Below, piece by piece: positions 49,808-62,280 of a stretch of DNA of 64,000 nucleotides. Position numbers and translations under genes: made by a program. The DNA is taken from positions 65,162,001 through 65,226,000 of the forward strand of contig NC_079166.1 of the NCBI RefSeq assembly GCF_947568905.1, given 5' to 3'. The DNA comes from Ostrea edulis (taxonomy: Eukaryota). The notes under the pieces are model-generated. The model had not been told where the DNA came from. It was given only the letters and a program-made list of their open reading frames with translations, and did no database searches. The first letter of the stretch is position 1. Every line of letters begins with the position of its first letter.

Positions 49808-51413
49808 CACTCTAAAAACAATGTTTAAGTTTGGAACACTTTTTAAACGTGTTTAGGTCTAAACGTGTTTAGGATTGTGCTTATATCCTAAACGCGAAGT
49901 GTAATAAACATGTTCTACCCTAAACATGTTCAGACTGAGAACATGCTTAGCTATGCAAAAATACAGTATCTAAACACAAAATAACATGCTAAACACTTGC
50001 TAAACACAATCCTAAACGTCTAAACACAATCCTAAACGTCTATGCGTTTAGGTTTTGAACATGATAAGCTTAGTAACATTGTTGACATTAGTTTTACAGT
50101 CTTCATGTAGAATATTCCTGTCTTCTGTAAATGAAATTCGAATTGCAGAAAAAACTGCATGTCAGAATTGCCATACTTCAAACTGCTATAGTGTACCAGG
50201 CCCCGATAGTGACCATAGTGTACATCATACGCTGTATTGCAAGTATACACTGTCGAGGTCGATATCCAAAATTGATGGAACCATTAGAAGAGCCGTCTAT
50301 GGGCTTCAACCCTTTCCTGTTGGAAATGAGCAGAGTTTAGGAGTATCCAGAAAATTTTGATCTGGAATTCCATTTCAACTTGAACAGGTCTGGACACATA
50401 CATATAGAATTAAAAAAAAAAATAGTGTAATTCATTGTCTCTGGTATTAGACGTGCCTTTAGTGTTAATTTAAACCAATGCATCACTCTTACTTTGCATT
50501 GGAACAAAATTCATTTAAATCTTGTGAAAGAGAACATCAGTTGCAATTGATGCCCCCCCCCCTTTTTTTTAAATTCAACATCTGACAGTGCCTGTTATGC
50601 GAAAACTAGCATATCAAAGACAAAAAACTTGTTGAAGTTGTACTTGCCGGAAGATATTTAACCATGTATAGTTTACTTCTTTTATGTGCATACGTGATTT
50701 TTAATGGTTTTGTCTTTAACATGTATCGCGGAAATGTCAACCGTGTTGTTTCGGCAGCAATTAGAATATAGAAATAGAGTTATCGGACTTGCAATGTAAT
50801 TTGAGAAGAACCGCGCAAACCCGCATTGTTCGATTTGAAACATCATGGATCCCATAGACACAGTTTGTAATACAAGGGATATTCTTGCTAGATTTTGCAA
50901 TGTTATTCTCCTATAATAGAAGAGAAAGCTACTATTTAAGACTCTTTAATGCTGTGGATTGAGTTTTAAATAGAAGGTTAGCAAATCATTTTGTAATTGA
51001 GACAAAGTCAAAACCTAAATACAAGGAGAACTAAACATGTTCAAAACCTAAACACAAAAGAGGTAAACGTGTTCAAAACCTAAACACAATAAGGGTAAAC
51101 ATGTTCAAATCCTAAACATAATAAGGGTTAAACATGTTCTACACCTAAACATAAAAAGAATTAAACATGTTCAAAACCTAAACACAATTAGTTAGACATG
51201 TTCCAAACCTAAACACAAAGAGATTTAAACATGTTCAAAACCTAAACACATTGGGTTGAACATGTTCAAAACCTAAACGTAAAAAGTGTTAAACATGTTT
51301 AAAACCTAAACACAAAAAGTGTTAAACATGTTTAGATTTAGAACGCGTTCAAAACTGTACACAAGAAATGTGTTTAACTTTGTGTTTAGGATCTAAACAC
51401 CATTTTTAGAGTG
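49808..51413. mobile_element. CACTA/EnSpm-like non-autonomous transposon (1606 bp), TA TSD, ~30-bp subterminal repeats
   Basis: ta|CACTCTAAAAA … TTTTTAGAGTG|ta; arrays of taaacatgttcaaaacctaaacac at 49850-50050 and 51010-51340. Confidence 0.8.
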
Positions 51414-52058
51414 TAGAGATCATACAATATACTGATTTTACATTGATAATGAAGATAAAGGGCACATTAAGGTAATTCCACCCCTCTAGAATTATAGGTT
51501 CAATCATATATTTGATTGTTGATTCTTCAGATAATATATCTTGGTAACAAATAAAAATATGTTGCAGTATTATTATTTTTTTCTTTATCAATTAGCACAC
51601 TTTTACCTGTTATCAACGTCAGAAAATTGTAGTTTTCCTTAAACAGCATAATCAATATTTCATTAAAAACTGGTTAAAACGATGTAATAGTATTCATAAC
51701 AATTTCATGAAACTGTTTTTTTTTTTAAAGTTAAAAAAACCAAACAATATGTTTGTGAAAATAACGGAAATCTATAGCAAAATGAACTAGATAAATAATT
51801 TGATGAAAACAGAGTTATTGCCCTTGGTTTCAATATTTTGAAACATATAATTGATTATTCCCATATAACTCAGACTTTTGAATTTTTTTTTTTTATAGTT
51901 AACAGGATTTTTTACAATAACTATTGAAAAGACAATAAGTAATGCGAAATCAATAGTGATAGAGTTAGTTTTTTATTTATTATTTGAAGCTAACGGCAGT
52001 GTCACTAATTTGCGCATTAACTAGATCCGACCGAGACTGAATGTGAATTTCCAGACAT

Positions 52059-52315
52059 GGAGGGCCTCCGTGGCCGAGTGGTTAGAAAATTGCGCTCAAA
52101 ATCACACGGCCTCTCACCTCTGTCGGCGCGAGTTCAAATCCTGCTCGCGCCGGTAAGTGAGAAAGTTTCCCAGTTTACTATCGGGAGGTCGTTGGTCTCT
52201 TCCCAGGTACATTGTATCTGGGTTCTCTCTTCTCCACCAACAAAAACTAGGCGCCACAGATAACTGAAAAATTGTTGAGTGTGGCGGAAAACATCAATCA
52301 ATCAATCAATCAATC
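52059..52315 (+). mobile_element. Full-length tRNA-headed SINE with (CAAT)n tail
   Basis: Head gggcctccgtggccgagtggttag…gagttcaaatcc (A/B boxes), body …tctccaccaacaaaaactaggcgccacagataactgaaaaattgttgagtgtggcgg, tail caatcaatcaatc. Confidence 0.8.
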
Positions 52316-52456
52316 TGCTCCGAAATTCGGTGACTATTCAGCCGAGCCGAATCTCAGCCGAGAATGGCAGTCAATGAGCTTGTGTAGTATGTGACGTCCT
52401 AAAATATTGGCGAACAAAAACCAATCATCTGAGTTAAATTGCAACTATAGAGAAAT

Positions 52457-52893
52457 TTAATTTTGATGACGAATAACGAAGGAATTTACATCAGGCATCA
52501 CTCTAAGTGGCCGGCTAGTGGTAGGTCTTTGTTGATCACAATCTGTAAAACATGACTGGAACTTCATGCGGCAAGAATTTTCACAGTTTTCATTTTGACA
52601 GTGTGTGACAGCACAGTTGTAATAAGAATCCCCGCATATTTGGTGACAATCTTCAATTTTTTGCAACAGAACTGGACTTAATGTTGTTTTTGAGAAAAAC
52701 ATAGGGAATGCGTTTGGATCCTGAGCAGCGATTAGAACAACAGTGCATATATAAATGAATAGAATATTCCATGATTCTCGCAATCTGTGAAAAGGAACAT
52801 ATATGTCATTTTTTTCTTTAAATTCCAATTTCTAAAGTAATAGGTATTAGGAACAATGCTTTGAAATAACGGAACGTAAACGACATACCTCAT
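52457..52893 (-). CDS. Small secreted cysteine-rich peptide, 110 aa; join(complement 52889..52893, 52457..52784)
   Basis: ATG AG|gtatgt and ttcctttcacag|A TTG give MRLRESWNILFIYICTVVLIAA/QDP…; 8-Cys core CHQICGDSYYNCAVTHCQNENCENSCRMKFQSCFTDC; 5+328=333 nt is an intact frame. Confidence 0.72.
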
Positions 52894-53809
52894 TTTCACA
52901 TGCGTTCATTACACAGATATCGAAATTGCCATTATCGCAAAATATAGGTTGCAAGCCAAGGAATGGTTGACTGATAAGATTTACACCGCGTATTTAATTG
53001 CTTATTGTTACGTATGGTTCTGGATAACGGCAATAATGACGTGTCCCTCTCCGAATTTTAATATGCTGGGAGAGGTACAATTCCCTAAGGAATTTTCATG
53101 GGTGGAAATATAACCCAAATGAATTCCGATAGCAAAAGCTTTATTTTCTAGTCACTTGGTTCATGGGGGTCAAGTGAACATTTTATTTCAATCACCACAC
53201 TATTCTTTAAATATAAAAAGTCAATGGAAACGATTTGAAAATAATTACACGCATCCACATCTTCAGTCATGACAAGTCTCGCGAGAGTTACTCTTCCAAA
53301 TTCAATGAGCTTTAGAAAATTCATATACTGAGATACTTTAAGAACGTAATATAGTGAATGGTTTTCCATTGTTATCGATTAATTCAATTGACAAATACCT
53401 ATGGTGTATATACTCTTTTACAATAAAGTTTGATATCCATGGATTTTGAATGTCATTCTATTTCCTGAGAGGCTACATGTAAAATGGAGTCAGGAGGGGT
53501 GCGTCAAAAATGTAGTTTTGATCACTAATATTGGAGTTTTACAAAGGCTTACTTTTACAATCACAATTTAAAGGGACAAACTTCAAATATGAAAAATTTG
53601 GGAGTTGTATTTGCAAAATTCAAAGACTTTACCGCAATCAGTTGCTGTATATATTGTTTAACGTCCCACTCGATAATTTTTCACTCATATGGGGTCGTGA
53701 TAGCTCAGTAGTAAATAGTCCGACATATATATATATGATTTTGATACTTACCGTGGCAGGGTAAATATCAAAATCGTAAAAAAGCCAGGAAAACGTCAGA
53801 TATTTCGGA

Positions 53810-54204
53810 CTAAGAAGTAGAGTGCTCGCTTCATTGCCGGGAGGTCGTGAATTCAAGCCCCGCTTGTGCCAATCAAACCCAAGATTGATTTAATATTGCC
53901 TAACGGCTAACGTCCCTCTCGAGAATTGTTCACTCACATGGCAAACTTAAGACTTGCTTCTTCGCCAAGCGCACGGTATTTAGAAGTGAGAACCATGGGT
54001 CGTTCAGGTTCGACCTTCAGATATGACCTTCAAAACGTAGGTCCCGTGCCGCGGTATGCGTTGGCACGATAAAGAACCCTCACTACTACTGCGCTGAGCG
54101 CTAAACAAGGCGGGATCTACATTTGTGGTACTTTACCTACAGATGGTGCCCTATCAATATGAGTGAAAAATCCAGAGAGGGACGTAAAAGCAACCGATCA
54201 ATCA
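53810..54204 (+). mobile_element. tRNA-headed SINE with a V-domain-like body
   Basis: Head agtagagtgctcgc…ggtcgtgaattcaagcccc, body ttggcacgataaagaaccctc, tail gacgtaaaagcaaccgatcaatca. Confidence 0.65.
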
Positions 54205-54420
54205 TATGGAGATGTCACTATTTCCGGTGAAGGGCTGCAAAATGTAGGCCTATGCCCGGAGCTTACGGCCTTTGAGCAGGGAGGGATCTTTATCGTGCGA
54301 CACCTGTTGTGACACGAGACCTCGATTTTTCCAGTCTTATCCGAAGGATCGCCTCATTTAGTCGCCTTTAACGACAAACAAGAGGTATTGAGGACCTATT
54401 CTAATCCGGTTATCCACGGG
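54203..54420 (-). mobile_element. CCCGTGGG-family SINE-like element, tail-to-tail with the previous SINE
   Basis: Ends …ttctaatccggttatccacggg on the plus strand; shares the gggatctttatcgtg core. Confidence 0.75.
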
Positions 54421-57180
54421 TTACGGTATTTCTCTCGACAAGCCTACCCCCCTCAACTTTTTGATCTAGTATAGATCTGCCGTCCAAAGATATGTGTGTG
54501 TGGATGGGCGGCAGGCAGAGTCCTAAAATGTGATATATAGAGAACTTTTAAGCTTTCAGGGCTGATGACACATTATTTAGAAATCGTCAGGATAACTTGA
54601 ATTTGCCTGCTTACATTGAGCGCGCTGTGGTACACTTATGATGTACAGTAAAACTTAAAATAACTTTATTTTTAGGGCAATTTTCTGAGTCCCTTTATCC
54701 ATTTCACAGCTCGTCATTTGCATTATATTTGAATATCGATAAATTTTCTTCATAAAAAATTAAAACGAGTAGAATCTAGTGCATTGCGAAAGTGTCGAAA
54801 GAATAGGAATTGCCATAGAGTTTACAATACTGTATTAATAAAATATAATTGTAGGTTTAGTGGTTTTACTGAAGCAGTCTGTATATTTATTTCGGTCCAA
54901 TTTCTGTAGTTGGAGTTAATCCCTTTAAATTGTAAAATTCAGTCGTCGATTATAAAAGTAAGCCTCTTCTTAAAACTCCAATACTGGGTACGCCCTCCAT
55001 TGGTGTTGATACCGGTGCGTGAATAACTGTTTTGACTGACCGACTCTCCAAATGATCCTTTAGGGAATACCCAGTCACTCTCCCAACAATATCCTTCCAA
55101 GTTATTGCGGGTCTGGCAATCCGACGCCTTGATTTCGGATCTCATTATCTAAAGGCGCCATAGTCTTACTTTTTATCTATGTTGCTGATTTTGCATCTGC
55201 ACAATTGTATAAGTACGACAAATTCGTTTTTACCTTTTCATTTGATTTGAATAGCACCTGGGAAATTTCACGCAATGCTACCAATAGCGTGTGGATAATG
55301 AACGCGGGCACAACAAGTCACGGATTTTAAAAGAAGCCCATGGGCCACATCGCTCACTTGAGTCACCTTGGCCTTGCTATCATTCAGCTGTTGTAATTTT
55401 TAGAAGACTCTTTTAAAACGTATTTTCCCCCTGATAACATTTAACCCCATATTGCGGCCCAACTTAGCCCCAAAGAGTCACGACACAACCAAACTTAATT
55501 TCACACAACACAGGGATAACTCAATACAGATATGATTAACATGATCTTGCTATTCTGGAGATGAATACTTTCTAAAAGATCTGTTTTTCCTGTTTGCATG
55601 CATTATTTTATATTTGATCCATTCTAAACCCAAGGATTGATTATATGAATGAAAAAAGCTTGAATCCAGATAACTTAAGGATGGAGACTTGTCAGCGTTT
55701 TTTAACGTAAGTGGGTCTCCATAGTTTGAGTGACGTAAAATTTCTGTTGTTAGTTTTTGGAGAATAAACAATTAATAAATGATTTTATTGAAATAGAAAT
55801 AGCAATTTTGTATTATTTCCTAGCAGAATTCATTGAATTTTCAATGCTTCGATAAACGCACGAAAAAACTTACGACAACCATCTTAGCTCTTGCGAACGT
55901 GGGAGAAAAGCATTGTTCTTTTACAGCATGATTATGCAATTTCCTGAGTTTTCCTCCGATAAAGACATCAACAGCATCGCTCCACACCTGGCACCGACAG
56001 ACGACGCGACATGTCAAATGACAATAATACTGTCACACACGAAGAAAATGTAAGTGAAATGTACACCATCTGTTCTTTTGGGAATAGTAAATCTTTAATT
56101 ATTATCTTCCGTAAGGCCAATACAACTCCAGTATATACTCTATAAAATCGTAGGCCTGCAAAATATTTGTGTACACATGTATAACCTACATGTACGTAGC
56201 TTATACATCAGGACTCTTTACTAGTCAGTGCAGTGTAAATACACGCACATTCACATGAATTTTTAATATTCAGGTACTCTGACGTAATTATGTATCAACC
56301 AAATTAAACATCGTCAATGAAACAATGATAATTACGTGTATTAAAGATGTACATATTCTCAAAACCCCATTCCAGTGCTCATATGTTTATAATTAGAGAG
56401 AAAAAGTATGGTGTCCCAGGCAGGTATAAAATTAGTAAATCATCTGATGTGGATTTTTTAAGAATTGGCTCTTATTAAAAGTAATAGGCTTGATCATTAT
56501 CAACAAAAGCACTATATTAAATGTGTTTATAATTAAAGAGAAAAAGTATGGTGTCCCAGTCAGGTCTAAAATTAGTAAATTATAATGTATGATGTGGATT
56601 TCAAAAAAATTAAATCTTAATTGCTCTTATTGAATGGAATGGGTTTGATCATGAACAAATTACAGAAGTCTTTTTTATTTTTTTTTTAAATAAGTGATCA
56701 TTTGAGAATCAATTATTTTTAACTATTATAAATATTTTTGAGATGTGAAAATGCATTCATGAAATGAAGGGATAGAATGCTTTTCATTTTATATTGAAAT
56801 AACAATTCTTTCTATGGTGAACTGATCAGATGTGTCCAATGTCACTTAGATGCCCACTGTTTTGGATGGGCTAAATTGCTGTAGAAAGGACGATAAGAAT
56901 TTAGATGCTCATAAGTATTCAATGTTTTATTAAATTGAAATTGCAAAAAAATATTGAAAACATTCTATGCATGTTTAAATTATTGAACTAATTTTTTCAC
57001 AAGGTATATGAAAACCCCTAGGGTAAATTCACAGTGGAGAACTGGCAGAAGATTTAATTTCCAAATTAAAAAAAACTTGATACATTTCTTTTATTAAAAA
57101 TGTAGACTTCTCATCACAACATTTCATTAAATCTAGATAATGACGACTATCAAAATTTTAGGAAGCAATCAACAGTACTG

Positions 57181-57660
57181 ATGGAGATAAAAGAAGGAGA
57201 AAATTTCAAGTGTGAGATTGCATTTGATGAGATTGATATGATAATGGTACATGCACCAGAGCAAACTGTCAAACAGCACTCCAGCCAACAACATTTTCCT
57301 CTTGTATTCTTTGACTTGGAATCAAGAGGACTGGGTTTGTTACTTTTTACTACCTGCCCAATATTCAAATTGATTGTTCAGTTGAGAAAAGTTCTTAAAT
57401 GAATACATGTATTATATTTTGGTGTTAATTCATTTTCCAGCTAGAGATTCTCATATTACACAGCTGCCATGTGTGGTGAAGAAAAGTTTCCCATATATAC
57501 CTTTCTAAAAATATCTATAACAGCAAAAGACTCAGAAATAACAGAAATCGAAAATGTTAATGGAAATATGTTTAGCAAAAATTAAAAATGTAGAAGTCAA
57601 TCCTTGGAAAATGGATGCTCCTCTTGATTTTGTTTCAAAATTTCAAACTAAAGTAATTCT
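57181..57660 (+). pseudogene. Decayed, intron-containing DEDD-type 3'-5' exonuclease gene remnant (probably TE-borne)
   Basis: PLVFFDLESRGL followed by G|gtttgt…cattttccag|CT (106-nt phase-1 intron 57335-57440) continues as RDSHITQL-MCGEEKF…ITAKDSEIT, matching the ExoI motif DxExxGL; frameshifted. Confidence 0.55.
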
Positions 57661-58153
57661 GCATTTACAATAGCAATGTATGAATGTTAACAAATATGAA
57701 TGTTTATTGTATACTATACTCAATTTAACATGTTCTGTTTATGAGAGAGAGAGAGAGAGAGAGAGATTATTGCAAGAATTGGAAAGTAACTGCAAAAATT
57801 ATGTGCAAACTGCACCAGTAATGATGTACACGGTGGTGATATTGTTCTCTGAATTTTGATATAAATTAATGTACATGTACCAAATGAAATTATCCTATTA
57901 AATTTCCATTTCAAATGAAAATGAGTGAATTTCAACACAATGTGTTTTTATTTATTAAAATGCAAGGTGAAGATAACGAACAGTGATCAAACCAAGTTAT
58001 AATTAAAAATAAGTTTAAAAAGAACTCTATTTCAGTTTTAAGAACTAATGATGGAGAAAATTCGGATTAGACTGCTTGAAAATTCTAGTCCACGAAAGCA
58101 GCTAGCTTGTGATTGTTGCTTAGAAAAAATCATATTTTTCAAAGCATCATATT

Positions 58154-58586
58154 AAACAAGAGGCCCAGGGGCCTTATAGGTCACCTGAGTATCATGTAAC
58201 AACCTTCCAATGTTTGAATTAGGTTTGTGTTTAAATATAAGAATTTTACTTTTGGATGGAAGAAACATTGAATAGCTATGTGGTCAGCCCCGCCTTTGCA
58301 CCAGAACCCCTGTCCCAGGGGCCATAAATTTCAGTTTTGAAAGAAGCATCCTTGATCATCATTATCATACTATTAGTTTGTCTACTTAATACCCAGCAGC
58401 AGAGGAGAAGATTTTCAAAGAAAGAAAATGCATTTTCACTATATGATCAATAGGGCCCCACCCTAATACCAGAACCCCTGACCCAGGGGCCATGAATTTC
58501 ACAATTTCGAAAGAGGCATCCTTGCTCATCATAACCATGCTATTGGTTTGTCTACTTAATACCCAAGGGCAGAAAAGAAGATTTTC

Positions 58587-58620
<34 letters not shown>

Positions 58621-59763
58621 GAGCCCCACCCTAGCACCAGAACCCCTGATCCAGGGGCCATGAATTTCACAATTTTTAACAAGAGGTACTGTGAGCAATG
58701 CTCACTAAGAATACCCCCCGCTTACCCCAATCTCCCAAAGGGTGTTGGTAATAGGTATAAACTACCTCTTTTCTGAGTGTTGCTACTTCGATGTCCAGTG
58801 CGCATGACCTTTGACCTTTTGACCCCAAAATCGATAGGGAACATCTTCATCCCATGGGTAGTCCATATGTATGATATGGTGACTGTAGGTGGAAAGGATA
58901 ACGCTTTAGAGCCCGGAAACCATATTGCTACTTCAATGTCCAGTGCGCTTGACCTTTGACCTTTTGACCCCAAAATCGATAGGGAACATCTTCATCCCAT
59001 GGGTAGTCCATATGTATGATATGGTGACTGTAGGTGGAAAGGATAACACTTTAGAGCCCGGAAACCATATTGCTACTTCGATGTCCAGTGTGCTTGACCT
59101 TTTGACCCCAAAATCGATAGGGAACATCTTCATCCCATGGGTAGTCCATATATATCATATGGTGACGGTAGATGGAAAGGATAATGCTTTAGAGCCCGGA
59201 AACCATTGCGTCTACAGACGGACGGACGGACAGACGGACAACCCGATTCCAGTATACCCCCACAACTTGTTGCGGGGGGTATAAAGAGGCATCCTTGCTC
59301 ATCATTACCATGCTATTAGTTTGTCTACTTAATACCCAGAGACAGAGAAGATTTTCAAAGAATTTCTACATTTTCACTATATGACCAATAGAGCCCCACC
59401 CTAACACAAGAACCCCTGCCCCAGGGGCCATGAATTTCACAATTTTGGTAGAGGGCTCAACGCTCATTATAATTATGCCCACAGTTTGGCTTCTTGATGT
59501 CCAGGAGTAAAGAAGAAGATTTTTTAAAATTACACTCATTTTGATGGTTTTTGCCCCACCCCTCAGGCCCCAGGGGGGCAGGGACCACGAATTTCACAAT
59601 TTTTGTTCCCCTCCACCCTCAGATGCTATATGCCAAAATTGGTTGAAATTGGTTCAGGGGTTTCAGAGAAGAAGCTGAAAATGTTCAAATGTTAACGCAC
59701 GACGAACGACGACGGACAAAAACAGATAGCAATAGGTCACCTGAATGAATTCAGGTGACCTAA
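58154..59763 (+). mobile_element. Helentron-associated HINE carrying ~170-bp satellite-like tandem units
   Basis: 5' aacaagaggcccaggggccttataggtcacctgag; 3' gacgacggac microsatellite and hairpin ataggtcacctgaatgaattcaggtgaccta; unit spacing of 170 bp (58346 to 58516). Confidence 0.85.
58678..59284 (+). mobile_element. Second HINE nested in the first, with ~3 copies of a 145-bp unit
   Basis: 5' aacaagaggtactgtgagc…ataccccccgc; units start at 58781, 58926 and 59071; (GGAC)n; 3' hairpin tatacccccacaacttgttgcggggggtata. The host unit resumes exactly (…aatttt|aagaggcatcc). Confidence 0.85.
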
Positions 59764-60399
59764 TTATGACCGATAATTTGCTTGTAACACTAATAAATTT
59801 TGATATTGTAAATGTAGTCGCTTTAAATGAATTTAAAATTTGAATTTGAAATAAATCTCATTATTTTAATAAAAATTACTTTCTTAAATGGGTGATGACC
59901 TGCAATTTTTTTCCTTAAGGAATAAACTATAAGGAATTGCCTATCTTTAGGCAAAATTATAGGAATTTGTAAATATATGGTCATTGTATAATTTTCATAA
60001 GAACTTTTATTGTTTTGGCTCAAAAAAGTAAAATTTTAAAATTAGACAGAGGAAATTCGAATTAGAATAGGAACAAGTTTTGGGTATATATTAATAAAAA
60101 TTTTCCCTAAAATATACAATTGCTATATCATACTGTATATTCATACTAAAATATTTGAAAATCAACATCAAGAATTTTTTCTATGAACACTTGTGTAAGG
60201 TATGGTTCAATTTTGCAATTTTAAACGGAAAAAGTGCTATTTTTAGAAAGTGAACTTTCGCTCACTTTGACGCAAAAATAAGGCTGATGACCCCATGTTT
60301 TCTTCATCTTTTTGAATTAAGTGTATCTTAATTCACATTCTGTGAAAAAATGAAAACTTTTTAATTACAATGAAGTTGACAAGACTCCATCCTTAAGAA

Positions 60400-62280
60400 C
60401 ATTTTCATTTTGATATTATTCAGTGCCAGGTTTGATTGAAATTGGCCTAGTGGTTCTGAAGAAGAAAACGTTTACAGACTGACGGACGGACAGACGACTG
60501 AACAGCAGATGATCAGAAAAACTCATTTGAGCTTCCAGCTCAGACAAACTTTCAAGGTAAATAAAAAATAGTATCAAAAGAAAGATTCACAAGGAAAGAT
60601 TCACATATGAAATATGAGAGTCCAATCACTCAACCCTCAAACGTTATGGACAAGGTTAACATTTTAAAGTTTTGTAATTTTGGTCAAACTCCGATTTTAA
60701 AGATCCTGGTAAGAAATGTAAGACCTTGCAATAAGGAAGTTCTATATAAATCATAAAAGCGCAGCCTCAAATAGTTCAAGAAATATTGTCTTGGTTAAGG
60801 TTTCTTCAACATAACATTAACTTCAAGGTCAAGGTCACAATATGAAAAATAAATGAAAAGTTTTCTCACAAGAAATGTTAATATGAAAGCTCTATCACTC
60901 ACTTTTCAAACTTTATGAGCAAGGTTAAAGTTTCGGACAGACTGACAGAACAAACTACGAAATGTACCCCTCACCACCCTCGACTATAGCATAAAACCCC
61001 TTGGATTCACACAACTTAAGAACGTTTGCATTTTGATATTATGCAGTGTGGTCATGCTACTCTTGAAATAAAATTGTTTAAATTAATTTCCTGTATATTC
61101 CCATGTAAAATTTTCATCTGCTATAATAGTCCCATTATAACCAGGGGGCTCCAAGTTGAAGAGAAAACTTGAATCTATTATATATCAGGAAGCTTCCATG
61201 TAAATTTCAACTTTTCTGGCCCAGTGGTTCTTGAGAAGATCCACATAAAAAGATTAAATCCCCTATTTTATGTCAATGTACACCCAGGGACCATGATTTG
61301 AACAAACTTGAATCTACTCTATGCCAGAAAGTTTCCTTGTAAATTTTAACTCTTCTGGTCCAGTGATATACGAATTTGAGAAGATAATTTTGAAATAACC
61401 ACACTCTATTTTTATCTTTTCTTGATTATCTACTCTTTGAAGAGAGCATGGCCCTTTATTTGAACAAACCTGAATTTACTGTACCCATAAGTGATTTCTA
61501 CCAAGTTTGATTGAAATTGGCCCAGTGGTGCTAGAGAAGATGTTACTGTGAAAAGTTCTGTGTGGCAAATATGTCCTCAGAATTAACTATGTCCAACAAG
61601 ATATAAATATTTCAAACATGAAAGTAAAAAACAAATTTGTTCAATACCCATACACACACTCTGTAAGACAAGAAGGTCCCTATTTGAAAACTGTGGAAGC
61701 AGTTAAACGGACAAATCATATACTCTTTGTGTAATATCTACTCAAAACTGACTAAGTTTAACAACGTGTAATTTTCTCAAAAAAATGGAAGAAAAGCAGA
61801 ATCTTTGCCACATGCACATTTTCAATACCCACAAAAATACTCTGCAAAAAATAAGAAGGTTCTCACTTGAAAATTACCCAGACAAATTACGTACCCTCCA
61901 TACAACATTAAGTTTCAAATAAAGGGCAACACTCCTGACAGAGAAGTTATAATGGATCAATATTGTTACATGATCTAAAGTGATCCACAAAGAAGCTACC
62001 TAGCAAGTTTCAGCTAGATGTGTGGCAGAGTACTGAAAAGAAATACAAAAAAAAAACAACAACAAAAAAAAAAACAAAAAAACCAACCGTACGGACAGCT
62101 GGACGAATTGACAGACGTACAGATATCGTTACATGATCTAAAGTGATCCACAAAGAAGCTACCTAGGAAGTTTCAGTTAGATGTGTGGCAGAGTACTGAA
62201 AAGAAATACAAAAAAAAAACCTTACGGACAGGTGGACGAATTGACAGACATACAGATATCGTCGAAAGACGGACGTATAA
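60400..62280 (+). mobile_element. Cluster of fragmented HINE/Helentron derivatives
   Basis: HINE 3' end (gacggacggacagacg…gatcagaaaaactcatttgagcttccagctcag) at 60470-60545; ggtcaaggtcaca unit at 60600-60990; ~170-bp units at 61000-61560; ~150-bp direct duplication at 61970-62260. A HINE 5' end is at ~55328-55380. Confidence 0.65.

Noticed and set aside
50055-50360. 101-aa ORF with a hydrophobic N-terminus
   Set aside because: It starts within CACTA subterminal repeats and has no recognisable domain or splice context; kept only as possible cargo.
52059-52150. tRNA gene (also 4141-4212, 31890-31970, 53810-53870)
   Set aside because: A/B boxes are present but there is no closed cloverleaf, and the heads run into SINE bodies or are decayed.
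54939-55145. 68-aa ORF (GYCWESDWVFPKG…) as a gene exon
   Set aside because: No recognisable domain or convincing splice partners; it sits among TE fragments.
58386-59284. Repetitive ORFs at 58386-59284
   Set aside because: They are incidental frames through HINE tandem units.
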